A model generated the notes under the pieces. It was not told the DNA's origin, did not search any database, and was given only the letters and a program-made list of their open reading frames with translations. Positions 1-11,642 of a stretch of DNA of 64,000 nucleotides are shown here, piece by piece (within the stretch, counting starts at the first letter, position 1; each line of letters opens with the position of its first letter). The position numbers were made by a program, and so were the translations under genes. The stretch comes from Marsupella aquatica (lineage: Eukaryota; Plantae; Marchantiophyta), in the NCBI GenBank assembly GCA_973895155.1, contig OZ316893.1, positions 15,592,645 through 15,656,644 of the forward strand, read 5' to 3'.

Positions 1-382
1 TTGTCCTTCCTCCTCCCCCTCTTTCTTCCCTTGAACCCCGCCTTGAACAACATTAAAAATATTTTTAAATAAGTTTAAAAGTGGGAAGAAAAGACAATTA
101 ACCTCAAAAAAATTAAACATTCTTTGTAAGAGTTAAATCCAAAATAATCTCCTTAGTGCTCGTTCCTTGCCAAAAATCATTATCTCAAGTCAATCTATTT
201 TCACTTTAATGCTCCATGCCAAAATGTACTCTAAATAATACTCTACTTTCATTTTAATGTTTAGTCCAAGAACCTTAAATAATTCTAGAAAACATGTGAC
301 GGTTGAACATTGTTCCCCCCTATTTCACTTTGTAACCGGATGATGGACCAAAAGTGGCAGGATTCATTATTATAGTAGTAGA
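1..382 (-). mobile_element. possible Helitron 5' end, element running off the left edge
   Basis: Minus strand reads A|TCTACTACTATAATAATG at 382, resembling plant Helitron 5'-TC termini. The 3' end is not in the window. Confidence 0.25.
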
Positions 383-3300
383 TAGATAGATATATGATCA
401 ATTATTGCATGGTGTATATGAGGCTGGGTTGCATATGGACGAATAGGGTACATTTCGAGGCTGCTATATGGTGAATCCACCTTTCAGATTTTGTCTCATT
501 CATATTTTGTGTCAAGTATTTTGATTATAATGTGCCTTAACAAGGTAAATCATTTGTATTAATTTGATTTTTGAATTAACTTTAGGACCCCTCTTAATTT
601 TATTGAACTTAGAGTATTTTGAATGTATTTGGCTCCCCTCATCAAGGTTTAATCTTTTCTTTTCAATCACTCCTTAGTGAATTCTCTTTTTTCTCATGAG
701 AGTGTAAGAAATGAATTTGATCAATCTGAACATCTGGTGTATTAAGTTCCCCTCATGGTTTACTTTGCAAAAGTTATGGTTTTAATTGAGTTGAATGTCA
801 TTACCCAGAAGCAAGTGAAAATCTCTACTGTATGTACACAACTCAACTCTTTAGTACCTTTGTACTTTCTGGGTCATAATATAATTTGATGTGCATATAT
901 TTACGTGTCCCTACTTAAATGAATTACATATCACTAGAAGACAAAAAAAGAGACATGTTCCAGGATGAACATGCTATATGGACGACATGGGTTGGCATGG
1001 GTGCGTGGGTGAGATGATTGAAGGGTGTTGAGTGGGCAGCAGTGGGGGGCAGATCTCCCTGTCTTACACAGGGCTTGAGGCACAATTCAGCAAACAAAGT
1101 GGGGAGGGAGAAGGACGAGGAAGAGAGAGGGGACAAAAACAAGGAAGAAAATAATGAAAGAAGTGGGAGGAAAGAGATCAAAGGGAGAAACAAGTGGACT
1201 TCACAGGAAAAGAAAGGGGAATGTGTGGTGGGAGAGGGGGACGCTGGGTTTCGAGGCCAAGTAGATTGAAGGGAGGCTAGGGTGAAAACAAGTTGTGTTT
1301 GGGTGGGGGGGGGGGAGCGGAACAACTTTTGCGTAGGCAACACTTCCACTAACAAGCTTCTCAACATTTATATCAAAACTGCGAAAGAACAAAAAACTAA
1401 GTCAAACCTGAAGACAAGATGCCAAAGGTGGAAACCCGATAAAGAGGGGAAAGGAAAAAAGAGAGAGACCCAAGAAAACCCAAGAGGCCTCACTAGCCCC
1501 AGAGCACTACCAACCCCAAAAGAAGACAAAAACAACAATTATGGTCGATAACACTTTCCTTTGACAGCAACTATGCTGAACATAGGTTTGTTTTGCCATT
1601 TTTTTGTTCAACAATTTTTATCGTCGACATCTTTTCAGCTCAATATATTTTTGTTCAGTTTTATGCTCAACATTATTTTCACTTTATATTTTGTCTGCTC
1701 GAAAATACTGGGCTAGGCAGGGACAGGCTAGTCAAGATGAATTGAGATTGAAGACCAGGTTTTCTTAGCAACGTAAATAGCATTGATTTTAAAACTGGAA
1801 GAAGAGGTCTGGAGGGGAAATTCATTTTGGAAGACAGGAATGAGCTCGGAAATATATTCAAAACCATCTCAACCAAATTGGAGGGACTCACATTCGATTC
1901 GAATGGTACCCGCTCCTGTCACGAACGAATTGAATGAAGATGTCCGCAGTAATCGGTCCTTTTCTATTAGCGCAGATAGCACAAATTCATAAGAAATTGG
2001 CCTTTTCGTTGGATCTGCTCGGTATCCACGAGAACTGTACGAACTAGCATTAAAAGCCAGTACTCTGCTCTGTATCAGGCTTGTTGGGTGGTGAAATTGG
2101 TAATAACAAAGTTAAGTGTGCAAAGCTCGTAAAGGGACGTTGAGGATCATTTAATATTGATATCCTGCGCTGCCTGGAGAGCTACATTGGGAATCACCGA
2201 TCACTACTATTTGGCGGACTGCGCTGCGGAACAATGCGTCAAAAGTTTCATTGAGATTCGTGTCAACTTGCTCTGCTACAGGCTATTAGAGTCACACAAA
2301 TCTGGCTTATTGAGACTTGCTCTTCCACAAATTGAAAGGAAAGATGGGTCAAGACAAAAAATAATTGGTAACATCTAGCTTCCTGGAATTCAGATACAGC
2401 TTAAATGCAATTGCTCAGTTGGCAACTTCAAATGTGAACTCTGCCTTCGCAAATTTGTGTCCTACAATGCAAGAGGGGCCATCGGGCAGACATATATCAG
2501 GAAATCTGGAATTGTCTACCTACCTATGCCGCCAAAGAATAAAAGAAAAGTCTGTGTTGCTTGGCATGCCTATCTAATTGGTCTGCCTAAGAATGCGTGG
2601 ATTCGGGCTTGACTTCAACTTTGATATGAACTCATCCGCAATTCAGTTACCCTGCAGATGCTCTACATCAAGTCTAAACTATGTACAACTTTCCCATTTT
2701 TTGTGGGCCAAACAAATTGCTAAGCCCATGGTGTATGATAAACATCTAGCTGCTATAGAATTTCCTGTACTGACGTGGCCAGTATGTACAGATGGGTTCC
2801 ACCCGACCCCTTGCTGCATGTACAAACAAATTGAACAGGGATGGATAATTAGATGTCCAGAAGTGCGTTACATCCGATGCCCTCAATGCTGCCTTCCCTC
2901 CCGGCTTCCCTCCACTCTGTGTCAGCCTTGCCCATGAGCAGTCGACCAGTCACGATCCCAGCAAAGCAGGGGTTTTACAGTCTCTGGGTTGCACTGAAAC
3001 AACTTGAATCATGTACATCGCTGATTCAATCAGCTGCTGGGCAGGAGTGCAACTTGAATCACCCAACAAAATCACCGGTAAAATCATTGTTGAGTCGAAC
3101 TGCTGAACTGATCCATGATAGCTCCAATTACCGCTTGTAGCATCATAAAACATACGCCGCAATTGGCTTTGGATGTGATGGGCCTCAGCTTGACCTCCAC
3201 ATAGGACACTGCGACCATTTTGGAGGACCCATAAATTCGCTGCAATTGGCGACGTGGCAGCTTCCATCCATGGTAAAGTTGTGGAAGCTGGGTACTCCAA

Positions 3301-3433
3301 TCACTTGTTACAGCCCATCACAACAAGCTTGATCGAGAGACCACCGGCACTGCCTGCTCACGTGGATGTCCTGTACCCTCAGCCCAGTAATGTAACTTGA
3401 ATCTTATGAATGCAATTAAACCTGCTACAAATT

Positions 3434-3523
3434 CTATGAATCTCCATCGTCATTGTTGTCATCGGCTGATAACCAGGTTGGTGGTGGTGATCCAGGATAG
3501 CCAAATGTCTCATTAGGATCCAT
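3434..3523 (-). CDS. small ORF A3, 29 aa MDPNETFGYPGSPPPTWLSADDNNDDGDS
   Basis: Manual translation ATG 3523 to TAG 3434. Paralog at 21906-22001 keeps the frame through a 6-nt indel and a TAG/TAA stop change. Confidence 0.7.
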   Translation of the reverse strand: MDPNETFGYPGSPPPTWLSADDNNDDGDS

Positions 3524-3618
3524 TCTAAAGCTGCACTGCTCGCGGACAGTGAACGAAATCCTCTGCTTCTTTGCTGAATTGAGGGTGACTCCCGGTGACA
3601 TAAAATAACCCGAAGTGT

Positions 3619-3702
3619 CTATCGACGGCCAGCATTATCCTGGCCAACCAACCACGGTGGTGATGTGGTGTTCGGATATCCGAATTGCTCATTGGGATCC
3701 AT
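3619..3702 (-). CDS. small ORF A2, 27 aa MDPNEQFGYPNTTSPPWLVGQDNAGRR
   Basis: ATG 3702 to TAG 3619; corresponds to the C-terminal part of track ORF 3619..3843. Same motif as its neighbours. Confidence 0.65.
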   Translation of the reverse strand: MDPNEQFGYPNTTSPPWLVGQDNAGRR

Positions 3703-3832
3703 TAGTAACCCACCAAATCGGAATTTGGGCACGAGGACTACACCTTTCTGTGTGTTTGTATGCTGGCAGGATCGTTGATGGCTGACTTCACTGTGAATGA
3801 TGTCGAAGTCAAGAAAGCCGAGCTCTGGCTCC

Positions 3833-3916
3833 CTACTGATCACCGTCGTCAGATGAACAGGACAACCACGGTGGTATGCTAGTACCGGTGTATCCGAATT
3901 GCTCGCTGGGATCCAT
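3833..3916 (-). CDS. small ORF A1, 27 aa MDPSEQFGYTGTSIPPWLSCSSDDGDQ
   Basis: ATG 3916 to TAG 3833; paralog at 22304-22384. Confidence 0.7.
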   Translation of the reverse strand: MDPSEQFGYTGTSIPPWLSCSSDDGDQ

Positions 3917-4229
3917 TGACAAAAACTTTCTGGTGAATTGCGTGCAGGGATATGTAGTAGCTAAGTGAATGCAGATTCAGAGTCGTGAGCCTACAGCTGA
4001 GCCGTTGCTCACTATGAAATCCAATGCTGAATGAATCGATTGCAGATGGTGAATAATCACAAAGCCACTAAGATTCCGACAATCTTACTCCCCGAATCCC
4101 AGTCGAAACGAAAGGATGCGAGTGCACGATTCACTCTTAGAAAAGTCCCAAACTAGAAATCTTAGTGTCGAAGACACGATGAGAATTGAAGGCAGACGGT
4201 CTCGAGAGGAAGATATCCGACGCAACGAC

Positions 4230-4305
4230 TTCACAGCTGAACGAGAGAGCGAGAGATGAAAATGAGAATGATTCCAGAGGAGAGCACGGGGTTTATTTTA
4301 TGCTT
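4230..4305 (-). promoter_or_regulatory. putative core promoter / CT-rich leader start of cassette A
   Basis: Minus strand GCATAAAATAAA TATA-like box (~4303-4292) followed by pyrimidine-rich TCTCTCGCTCTCTC. An equivalent GCATAAAAGAAA lies at ~22666-22654 in copy B. Confidence 0.4.
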
Positions 4306-6081
4306 CCCTTTAAGATGGAGTACTCCTGAAGCATCAGTTCGACTGCAATCTCGCGGGCTTCCTTAGCTGTTTTCCTCAGATGCGTCACTGAAAAGTCGGG
4401 CAGGGCGGGTTGAGGTTCCCAGGACTCCAGGAGGTCCAGCTTTTCCTCTCCAGACCGGTAAAACCTTCAGTGGTCGCCGTGGACGATCCCAGAAACTTTA
4501 ACCGTGTCCATCGTTCTCTTTGCTCGCATCCCAATGCCATGTCAGCGTCGGAGGGGACTACCGGTTCATGGCAATGAATCATATTCGGGCAATGCCGTCT
4601 TACGCGGATTTTCTTGTCTGCCGGGAAATTTGGGGGCTTTTCGAAATTCTGTCATTATTATCGTTATTCCGTTCACACGCAATGGTCCTGCAAACCGGAC
4701 GTCGACACGTAGATACAGAACTGCAGCTGCAAAAGTGCTCCCTCATCCTATGAGCAGAAACACGCGGGCTTCAACTCAACCGGCTCTACCTGGTCAATCC
4801 CCGTATTATCTGGTAATTACGTGTAGTGCAGGCTTTCCTGACGAGGGACACAGTCGTTGGAATCTACGACTGTGCACCGCGAACCATCGATGACAGAAAT
4901 GCAGAATGATGCGCATGCAACCACGGCCCTTCGTAGCTAACGGATTTTATGGGGTGATTATCCAGCCCGGTTGCAAGGACACGAGTGGGCTTTGAGCTAA
5001 ATTTCCCTAGCGCGACTGAACCCTGGCGGCATTACCGTGCGTGCGGTCAAATCCGTGTACATACAAGGGAAGAACGAACGATCCACCCTACGATCGTCTG
5101 GTTGCGGATCAAGATAATTCATTACGTGAAGCAATCTCGAAGAGATATTGCCTCCTCTGGTTGAGCTGTTCCAGATAAACCCCTGATTTCGGTAGCAGCA
5201 TGACCCCTCCACCACAAGCTGCCACGAAATGGACTTTGACGGCCATGGGAATTGCTGTGCAGGACAAATGCCTCAAATAACTCGATTTCGTGTGATGAAA
5301 GTTGGCCCAAAATAGCTTGGCCCAAATGTGCATGCCCTCATTGAGTAGTGACCATTTGCTGAACAATACGCCCCCACCCCCCCAAACAATGATTACTGGT
5401 GTGTGACACTTTCCAAAGGACACTAATTACTTACAATAGGGTAAAGAGGGTACTAGTTCTCCCCACCTCTCGCCTTCTCTATTAGTATGGGCAGCTTCCA
5501 AATCTACCTCAAGTGATTATATTAATGTGGCTTTAGAAGTTGGGGCACTTTTGATGTTTTTCTACCAAAGCTAATCCCCCAAGGGTTTTACATAATTATC
5601 TACAACTATAATTTATAAGGGCTAAAAGAGAGCTTGGAATCCTTTTAGGGTCCCAAAGTGTCCGTAAGACCAACTGAGCAAGTGCACTGGAGTTATTTGA
5701 TAAGAGACAAGTTGGGGAGGGACCCACTCCACCTTAAAAATCACATAGTGATCTGGCTGGTGCCCTTCTCGCTACAATATGATGAAGGGACTGCGGTTTC
5801 ACTTTTAATGCAAACGAGTGGAAATAAGAATATAGCTACACCGTAAGTTCTAACACTTTGCTATTTTAACTTATTGAAAATGATGTAAAAATGATCTTAT
5901 CATATAGTATTTGAGTTTATAAAAGTAATCATTTGAATTAAAGTACATAAATGATTTTATTGTGAAGAAATAGAGGCGCATCAATCTCAGACAGCGTGCC
6001 TTGTACAAGCCATAGAATTTATAAATTTAAGTAATTTAAGTAATAAATATTTATCATGTCAGAAGCCTAATGTGTAGCATA

Positions 6082-6145
6082 ACCACTGTAGCACAGTGGT
6101 GGTGGCCTTGTGTGCAATCTGGTGGGTTGGGGGTTCGAGCCCTGC
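6082..6145 (+). other. tRNA-derived / SINE-head-like Pol III promoter remnant
   Basis: A-box-like TAGCACAGTGG (6089-6099) and B-box GTTCGAGCCC (6133-6142) at tRNA-like spacing; no convincing cloverleaf. Confidence 0.35.
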
Positions 6146-6219
6146 AAGTAATAATTATTTCACATCAAGATTATTTTGAAGAGAAAAATTATATAAGAAT
6201 TGTGAAAAGGAGTACAAGT

Positions 6220-6581
6220 GCAAAAAAGAAAAACAAAGGATTTTGAAATAACAAAAACATATAGGGGGTCTGAGATAAATTCAAAACTTATGGAATATTA
6301 ACAAAGAAGACAGCCCTCATAGACCAAATTAAAATTAAAATAATGACAAAACAAAAATGAACTAGGAAGACTGAAACAAAGATTCGCCATATAGCAATGT
6401 TGCAAAAAAGAAAAACAAAGGATTTTGAAATAACAAAAACATATAGGGGGTCTGAATAAATTCAAAACTTATGGAATATTAACAAAGAAGACAGCCCTCA
6501 TAGACCAAATTAAAATTAAAATAATGTCAAAACAAAAATGAACTAGGAAGACTGAAACAAAGATTAGCCATATAGCAATGT
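6220..6581. repeat. tandem duplication, 2 x ~181 bp
   Basis: gcaaaaaagaaaaacaaaggattttgaaataac...atagcaatgt repeated nearly identically at 6220 and 6402. Confidence 0.9.
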
Positions 6582-9500
6582 AAGAAAAATAAGAATAAAC
6601 CAAGCCCGAGGATGAACTTACCTCCAATAGAGATGGACTACAAACTAGGATAATAAGTGAATGTGCTCCGTAAAAGCAAAACTTGCGTCCCACTCCATTG
6701 CATGTAGTATTAGCAGCAAAACTTGGGTCCCGCATGTAGTATTCGCAACAGTTTAGCAGGAAACAGCCCCCAACTTCAAGTTAAATGAACTGGAACAATA
6801 TCTTTCCATTCGACGGTGCCGATGACATCCTGGAGACCAAAAAATTAGAGTAAATTGCGCCCAAAGTCTTGTAAATGCACCTTAGACTAAGGAAGGAGTT
6901 AACCTGTTGGTCTACGATGCAATGATCCATGCACATTGCTTACATTCATGCATTGCGATGCACTCCTCACACGGCCCTGGCCTCGTCCTCGTCTCTTTAC
7001 CATTGTCGCAAAACCAAGCGTAAAACCAAAATAGCCATAATCTCTGGCTGGCTTTTCTCTCATTTTCTGGTCCAGCTCGATCACTATAATGGGCATGAAT
7101 GCAACCACAGTAGGGCATGTCCAGTTGAGATCTTGAGTGAAAAAGCTCAAAAGTTCAACAAACATTAAAGTAACCCTAAATCCCCAAGAATGATTAGAAA
7201 AATTGAATATATATCCTTTATGTACATACATGCCTGAATTGCTTGATTCGTTGTAATCTTCATTCGAATCCCTGTTTCAACTGTTCTGTGGTTCCTGCAC
7301 CATTAAAGGGAGATTCGCCAATCACACAAGAGGTGCAGGATAATGCATTTGCATCGGAGGTATGATACTCAAAACAAGAATTCCTAACCACATGACCGAC
7401 GAATTCTTACGTTGGGTTAACAATATATATAAGCATGGACGGGATGCTTGATGACTTTTGAGTTCACACATGATGCGCATCTTCGGCTGATAGGACTGTA
7501 CCTCGGGGGGATTTACTCTGATTGCATGGTTTCATCTTACCGACCTTTATCAATTCCACTAATTTTAAGCAAAGATCTTTCGACCTGTGTTGTCCATAAT
7601 GCTCGGTAACTTTGCATAATATTATCGTTCATCGCGACATAAGCTCAGAGACCCAAGATGAAAGACTTTTATCGATGAAGAACGATATTAAAAGTGAATT
7701 TTCAACAGGCTAGGTGCAACCCACCAGAACTACTTCTGTCAGTGGCATAGAGGATGCCTCGAAGTACAACCAGTCTGACAAACTGCAAGTTGTGTACGTG
7801 GCGTTTTCCACCTATCGTAAATGAAAGTCACGTTGAAGCTAAGGTCTGGAAGATTGACATGGTAGCTTTGAGTTCGCCAGTAACACATGTGGGACCGACT
7901 CAATCCACAATGAACTTAATCGTGTTTTTCATGCTTGGACGTTTCGGAGATTACTGTAGATAACTGTATGATGCCATTTATAATCCAAAATGTTACTGCT
8001 GAGGGACAAGTCTCCCATCATTGTGTACTGCTACAGTCCTACGAAAGATTGGAACAGAAGAACTAGAGTACCTTTCAGGGCACTCATCTCGCATCTGCTG
8101 TCGTATTTTTAGAATTTTTAATGGGGGCAAAAGCCCAAACTGTAGTATATGTCTACGGGGCTCAGGCAGCACAAACTTACTGGCAGACCCAATTATGTCT
8201 CTTTCTTCAATTTGAACTCGCCTTCCCGTGTTTCCAGCAGTCGCTGAATTCGACCGGCATGCCAGTGACATGTTGGCTGTACAGCATCAGATAACCACTG
8301 CTGCAAACATGTAGAAATGTCTTTCATCACCGGGGTCTGCAAAGACATGTAGTACCTGCTTATTGCTTCCAAGCGAATGATTGCATTCAGATTTTATCGA
8401 CGTTCAAGAGATAACAATTTCTGCCGCAATTTCTATTCAATCGTTTCCTATTCAATTGTTTTTCCAGCGAGTATGTAGTGCCTGGGGAGGGTCTGCTGAA
8501 ATTAGCAATATTACTACATGCTTGTTGAGCTTGCAAACTGAAGTTCCGCTATATACGTCGAAAGTCTAGCTACCTTGTGATTATGACCGTTGTGATTCTT
8601 TCCAAATTACAATTTTAGCCTGCATTAAATGTTTAAACCTACGCCCTGCGTTCTTTCTGGCTGCCAAAAGTGTTCTTTGAATCGCGGGAATGGTTGACCT
8701 CTGAAGACTTATCTACAAATCTTCGATGAATCCCTACTATATATCACTTTGAATTGGGTAGTTTGATTAACAATAATAGTCGAGTTAAATATGAGGGGAC
8801 AGCGTTCAGTGTCACGTCTAGGACACAATGAAAAGTACTACCTCCCAACGCCATGGTCCTGCATCCTCGTCGGCAATCGCATCGGAATCCCATATTGAAA
8901 GTAAATTCATAGTTTCAAACATCTTGCAACCTTTTCTAATCTTGCCCATGACCCCCGGTAGCTCGGATTTAACTTTTTCCCATCTACATACATTGTCTTC
9001 CTTTGAATGCCGCCCGTGGCTAGGACCAGCAAAGCATTTAATCAGCGAAAGGCTCTAATGATTACCATCAGCTTAATTTTAGTATCAGCCCATAGTTGCG
9101 ATTTGATGTTGTTATCCAAACTTGACTTGCCAGGTCAACTTCAGCGACCTTGGCGAACCAAGTTCGGACAACAGCATGAAATATGAAAGGACCGCGCGTA
9201 CATCAGTTTATAACTTTCCAAGCCTTCCGGTGGGGTTGTTGTGCTGTTCATCCGTTGGACATCATGTGATCGTGAAAGTCTGTCTTCCCCACATCTGCCT
9301 TCTAAACGGTTCAGATTAGATTACTACTGAAGGCAGAGCAACAGATCGAGGCCTCACAAATCAATCTTTCAAGCTGCCGGTATTCATCTAGCCATAATCT
9401 GAAGACTTTGCATAGCTTTGACAGTATCGGTGCTTCTGCGTCTCTGATTGAAAAGGTTTCACATACTCATTGTAGTTCAGAGCTTCAACCACCTAGAATC

Positions 9501-11384
9501 GCTATCTTGCGGAGCCGATCCTTCTCCGGCAAGCTACTCATGGGTGGATGGCGTAGCTTCTAAAACGTCCTCGGACAGAGTAAACATTTTTCTCTTCCGA
9601 ATCTGCTAGTGGTCAAATCCTGTGTGAATGTGCTCCACTGGCCGGATGACGACCATATAGTCAGTCAATCTACTATAGATGCTGTAAAGGAACGAAATGC
9701 CTTGATCTCTGTGAACAGTGCACAATCATTTGCAGCCTCCGACTGGTCCATCGTCCGTTGCGTTGAAAACTTCGATCAGATATAATTGTCCCCTACAAGG
9801 GCGACAGCCCTACTATTTACGCTCCATGGGACTTGGGACGCCTTTGCCATCATTCCGTTCGCAATTCGGAATGAGAGCCAGCGTAACAGCCTGGGGGGAT
9901 TACTAGTGGTCACTAAGTTGTATACCAGTCTGTTGAAGTATGGTATCTGATACTAAGATGTGATATCTCCACGAGAAGTCCAGATTTCTGTAGCCTAGTA
10001 ATCAATGCTCGATTGGTCACATGTATTTAATCTATCCACATTGGCACCGGGTTATCATATGAACCCTCTACCGATAGGGAGTCAAGGTACTCTCGATCTG
10101 ATCGAAACGGAAGTATTTTCTCCAAAGGGTAAATGACAAATTTGAAAAATGAAGGGTGAGTCGAAGCAATTCCTGGAACGTTCCCGTTCACATACGTATG
10201 GGAGTTCCTTTTTGAAGACATTAACAAAAGCTGAAGAGTCTAAAGACAATAAGCTCTACACCCTGCTGTACCCTGGCTAAACGTGAAGGTTTGAGAGTCC
10301 AGATCTCCTCGATCCGGCGAATTACCTTTTGGCGAATTTTCGCATGGCCACGGCTACAGAAACAAAACCTGGACCGAAACTTCTTCGAGGAATACACGAA
10401 GTTCCTTCATCTAATACAGATGCAGCCACGTCAATAGAAATAATCTGGAAGGTTCGTCAGGGGAAACACGTCATTCCTCCATCGAGGATCTGCATGCTTC
10501 TTCGAGGGATATGAATGTGCGCGACTCCGCTATGCCATGAAGGAAAGATTCAGCCACATCACCATAGCTGCGAAGCTTCTTGGAGGGATGTGAGAAGTTC
10601 CTCCAGAAAGACAAAATTCAGCCGCGTCAACACAACCTGGATTCTTCTTCGAAGGATGCACCAAGGTGGCAGCAAGTTGCTGCATGGCTCGAGGAAATTA
10701 CACACGGGAGCCAAAAGAAATTCTAGCAGCGAAGACAAGTACCGCAGAAGAAATGGAGTCACTACTGGCATTCTCCAGCGATACAAAAAGAACTGGAGAA
10801 GCTTCATCGAAGCCTTCCGTAGTATCTTCGAATTTGCAAATTTGGAGGTCTCATATGGAGCGAACATTAGGTAATTGTCAGCTAAGAAACTGCAGATATA
10901 GCAAGTTCCATGAAATTCCCAAACTTCACGACGCGTAAATTGATATATATCGCTCAGATGTCCTCCCGCTACCAAGGTGCAGCGTAGCTTCTTCTAGCCG
11001 CGAACTTTCTCGAATGCACCTGACCACAAAGTTCTGCAATCTCAAACCTGACTGGCAAACCCGACTGGCAGAACTCCAGGCGCTGAAGGAGTCAGCTGAG
11101 ACGTTCAGACAACTTGACCGAGAGAAATAGACTCGTGAAACTGACCAGATTGGGCCGGCATTCCAAGACAGTGCTGTCTACGGCCACAATTACCTCCCCC
11201 GGGCGGAACTGATTGAAGAGCTTCCTGGATCCATCTACGATTCTCGGCCCCGGGCGGAACTGATTGCAGAACTCTCACCTTTTGAATGATGACGATAAAA
11301 AGTGACTGAGCAGTTGAGTGGCTCTTTCGTACCGTCTGAAAAGCCCCTACCGTTGAGTCCATCGCACTTGTGTTCAGCGATTGT

Positions 11385-11642
11385 GCTCCATTAGGGGGGT
11401 CTCAAAATTGGGTCATAAACGAAAGTTGGTTTTCTCAAAATTGAGTTATTAGTGAAAGCTGTCTTCTCAAATTAGTGAAAGAAAGTTAGGCTTTCTCGAA
11501 ATTGAGTCATTAGTGAACGTTGTCTTCTCAAATTAGTGAAAGTTAGTTCGTATCGAAGTTGGGTCATTAGTGAAATTTAGTTAATTGGGTTTCATAATTA
11601 TGAGTCTCACTAATGACCCCGGGTGAGACTCCGTATTGGAGC
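11385..11642. mobile_element. MITE-like element with internal degenerate ~30 bp repeats
   Basis: Imperfect terminal inverted repeats gctccattaggggggtctca / tgagactccgtattggagc; internal repeats of tctcaaaattg(g/a)gtcattagtgaaag. Confidence 0.45.

Larger units (their letters stand above)
1780..5340. repeat. segmental duplication copy A (contains sORF cassette A)
   Basis: Colinear similarity to ~19580-27130, e.g. ttgattttaaaa(c/a)tggaagaag at 1783/19583, gcaggggttttacagtctctgggttgcac at ~2966/21433, agaatgatgcgcatgcaacc at ~4903/25973, gcggtcaaatcc at ~5043/26891. Confidence 0.9.

Noticed and set aside
924-1551. ORFs in GA-rich sequence (also 12331-12688 and 13086-13397)
   Set aside because: Low-complexity purine- or pyrimidine-biased repeat DNA, no domains.
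3434-3916. Homology of the sORF peptides to insect Pri/Tal (LDPTGxY) or plant IRON MAN peptides
   Set aside because: Only DP...Y or the Asp-rich tail is shared, and the IMA C-terminal APAA is absent; treated as architectural analogy, not homology.
10329-11362. Overlapping 60-138 aa ORFs with recurring cttcttcga words and a 19-bp direct repeat
   Set aside because: No recognisable protein and no consistent frame; the ATGGATCCA at ~11231 (minus) does not continue into the peptide motif.
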